This document shows positions 62,818 to 64,000 of a DNA stretch of 64,000 nt, piece by piece (the first letter of the stretch is position 1; every line of letters starts with the position of its first letter). Source of the DNA: a virus (lineage: Duplodnaviria; Caudoviricetes); the IMG/VR virus record IMGVR_UViG_3300031993_000015; one strand, 5' to 3'. Under the pieces are notes generated by a model. The model did no database searches and had not been told where the DNA came from. It was given only the letters and a program-made list of their open reading frames with translations. Position numbers and translations under genes: made by a program.

Positions 62818-63539
62818 TGCCAGACACCACCGGTACACTCAACAATCTCGTCAGGGCTCAGCAGAAGTTCATCGCGAACGTTCTGGATGAGAAGCCCACA
62901 CAGATCTACAGGCTGGACGATTACAAGCAGATCAGGAATGCGCTGTTCGACAACGTGAAGAACGCTGTGCAGAAGCGCTTCCCTCTGTTCAATGATCGCT
63001 ACACCTTGGCTGTTGAGGACATCGACTATGATGACCCTGACGAGATCGACATCACGAAGCAGAAACAGTGCATCCTGGAAGGCAAGTCCTGCGACCGTCG
63101 CCTTCGCGGATCCTGGGTGCTTCGTGATGCAGCGACTGACAAGGTCGTGAGTAAGACCAAGCGCATGACTCTGATGCGCGTGCCCTACATGACAGACCGT
63201 GGAACTTTTATCCGCAATGGCCACGAGTACGCCTTCACGAATATCATGCGCCTGGAACCCGGTGTGTACACGAAGAAGCGCGACGACGAGATCTCCGCAC
63301 AGTTCAACGTGCAGAAAGGGACCGGCGCTGGCTTCAATATGTTCCTGACACCGGAAACAGGCATCTTCAAGATCAAACGAGGAACTACCAGCTGTCCTGC
63401 TTACACGGTATTCAAAGACCTCGGTGTGACCGACGACCAGATGCAGGAAGCCTGGGGACAGGAACTGTTTGAGAAGAACAAGAAGGCAGGCACGGACGAG
63501 AAAGCTCGTCAGGCTGCCTCCAAGATCTACAACATGTGA
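62817..63539 (+). CDS. DNA-directed RNA polymerase beta subunit, stand-alone N-terminal fragment (240 aa)
   Basis: LMRVPYMTDRGTFIRNGHEYAFTNIMRLEPGVY matches the RpoB block IPLMTxxGTFxINGxERVxVSQLxRSPGV; upstream QCILEGKS..RRLRG matches the beta N-terminal block; the ORF stops at 63539. Confidence 0.82.
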   Translation: MPDTTGTLNNLVRAQQKFIANVLDEKPTQIYRLDDYKQIRNALFDNVKNAVQKRFPLFNDRYTLAVEDIDYDDPDEIDITKQKQCILEGKSCDRRLRGSWVLRDAATDKVVSKTKRMTLMRVPYMTDRGTFIRNGHEYAFTNIMRLEPGVYTKKRDDEISAQFNVQKGTGAGFNMFLTPETGIFKIKRGTTSCPAYTVFKDLGVTDDQMQEAWGQELFEKNKKAGTDEKARQAASKIYNM

Positions 63540-63546
63540 GAACATC

Positions 63547-64000
63547 ATGCAGACATACGCAGAGTTCAGAAAGACAGCACAGACTGTGACGGACGTGTGG
63601 ACGCCTGGTATGATGACGCCTCAAGAGGCTGCTGATTACCACAAGTCTGTGCAGGAAGCCAACAAGATCAGCGACGCATACACATACACTGTTCCAGACG
63701 ATTCAGATTTCGATGACGGCGGTCCGACCTATTTCGATTTGAAGAGACAGGAAATGGAAGATGCGCGTGCTGCTCGTTTTGGCGAAGAACACAGGTTTGC
63801 AGAAGATGCATCGGACATACTGTCTGATGATGGTCCTGGCGAGTTCGGTGAAGATCTCGGAGCACCTGCTGAGCCGCCATCTGTTCCCAAGACACCGATT
63901 CCGCCTAAGCCGCCGACGGTGCAGACCAGGACTACGCCGAATGTGTTTGTAGCCACGAATACAGGTGCTGATCTGAATAAGATGTATCAGAATGCAACGA
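63547..64000 (+). CDS. partial putative internal virion protein (MQTYAEFRKTA leader), runs off the window
   Basis: Translated by hand; open to the window end; acidic and Pro-rich. Confidence 0.7.
   Translation, partial: MQTYAEFRKTAQTVTDVWTPGMMTPQEAADYHKSVQEANKISDAYTYTVPDDSDFDDGGPTYFDLKRQEMEDARAARFGEEHRFAEDASDILSDDGPGEFGEDLGAPAEPPSVPKTPIPPKPPTVQTRTTPNVFVATNTGADLNKMYQNAT

Noticed and set aside
1-64000. Stop-codon reassignment, as seen in some large gut phages
   Set aside because: Genes tile densely under code 11; TGA and TAA end genes with coupled downstream starts, and TAG ends the gene at 8350.

Overview
This window is a gene-dense segment of a large (jumbo-type) dsDNA bacteriophage genome. 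It uses the standard genetic code, and nearly all genes lie on the + strand with overlapping start/stop codons and GGAG/AGGAGG ribosome-binding sites. Recognisable genes are a sigma-70-family factor (- strand), a patatin phospholipase, a Tad2/DUF2829-domain fusion, a triple GT8 glycosyltransferase, two large fibre/adhesin proteins, a LigD-phosphoesterase/ATP-dependent DNA ligase fusion, an HD-domain protein, RtcB RNA ligase, a probable portal and a stand-alone N-terminal fragment of RNA polymerase beta. Most other genes are small hypotheticals in expanded paralog families (SH3/KOW-like barrel plus helix, zinc ribbons, AIDA-like beta-helix repeats). The strongest unexplained signals are: (1) a shared N-terminal leader ending in K-x-A on putative internal virion proteins, one closely resembling the T4 capsid-targeting sequence; (2) eight copies of a non-canonical promoter CTTAAT-N17-CAnnnT arranged in terminator-promoter-gene cassettes, while the phage sigma gene has a canonical TTGACA/TATATT promoter and a remodelled -35-reading helix; (3) a dispersed 23-bp pseudo-palindrome ATTTTSAACTTSAAGTTSAAAAT found five times, including inside genes; (4) several highly base-paired ORF-free intervals that look like structured RNAs. 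All calls come from reading the sequence by eye; no searches or folding programs were run.
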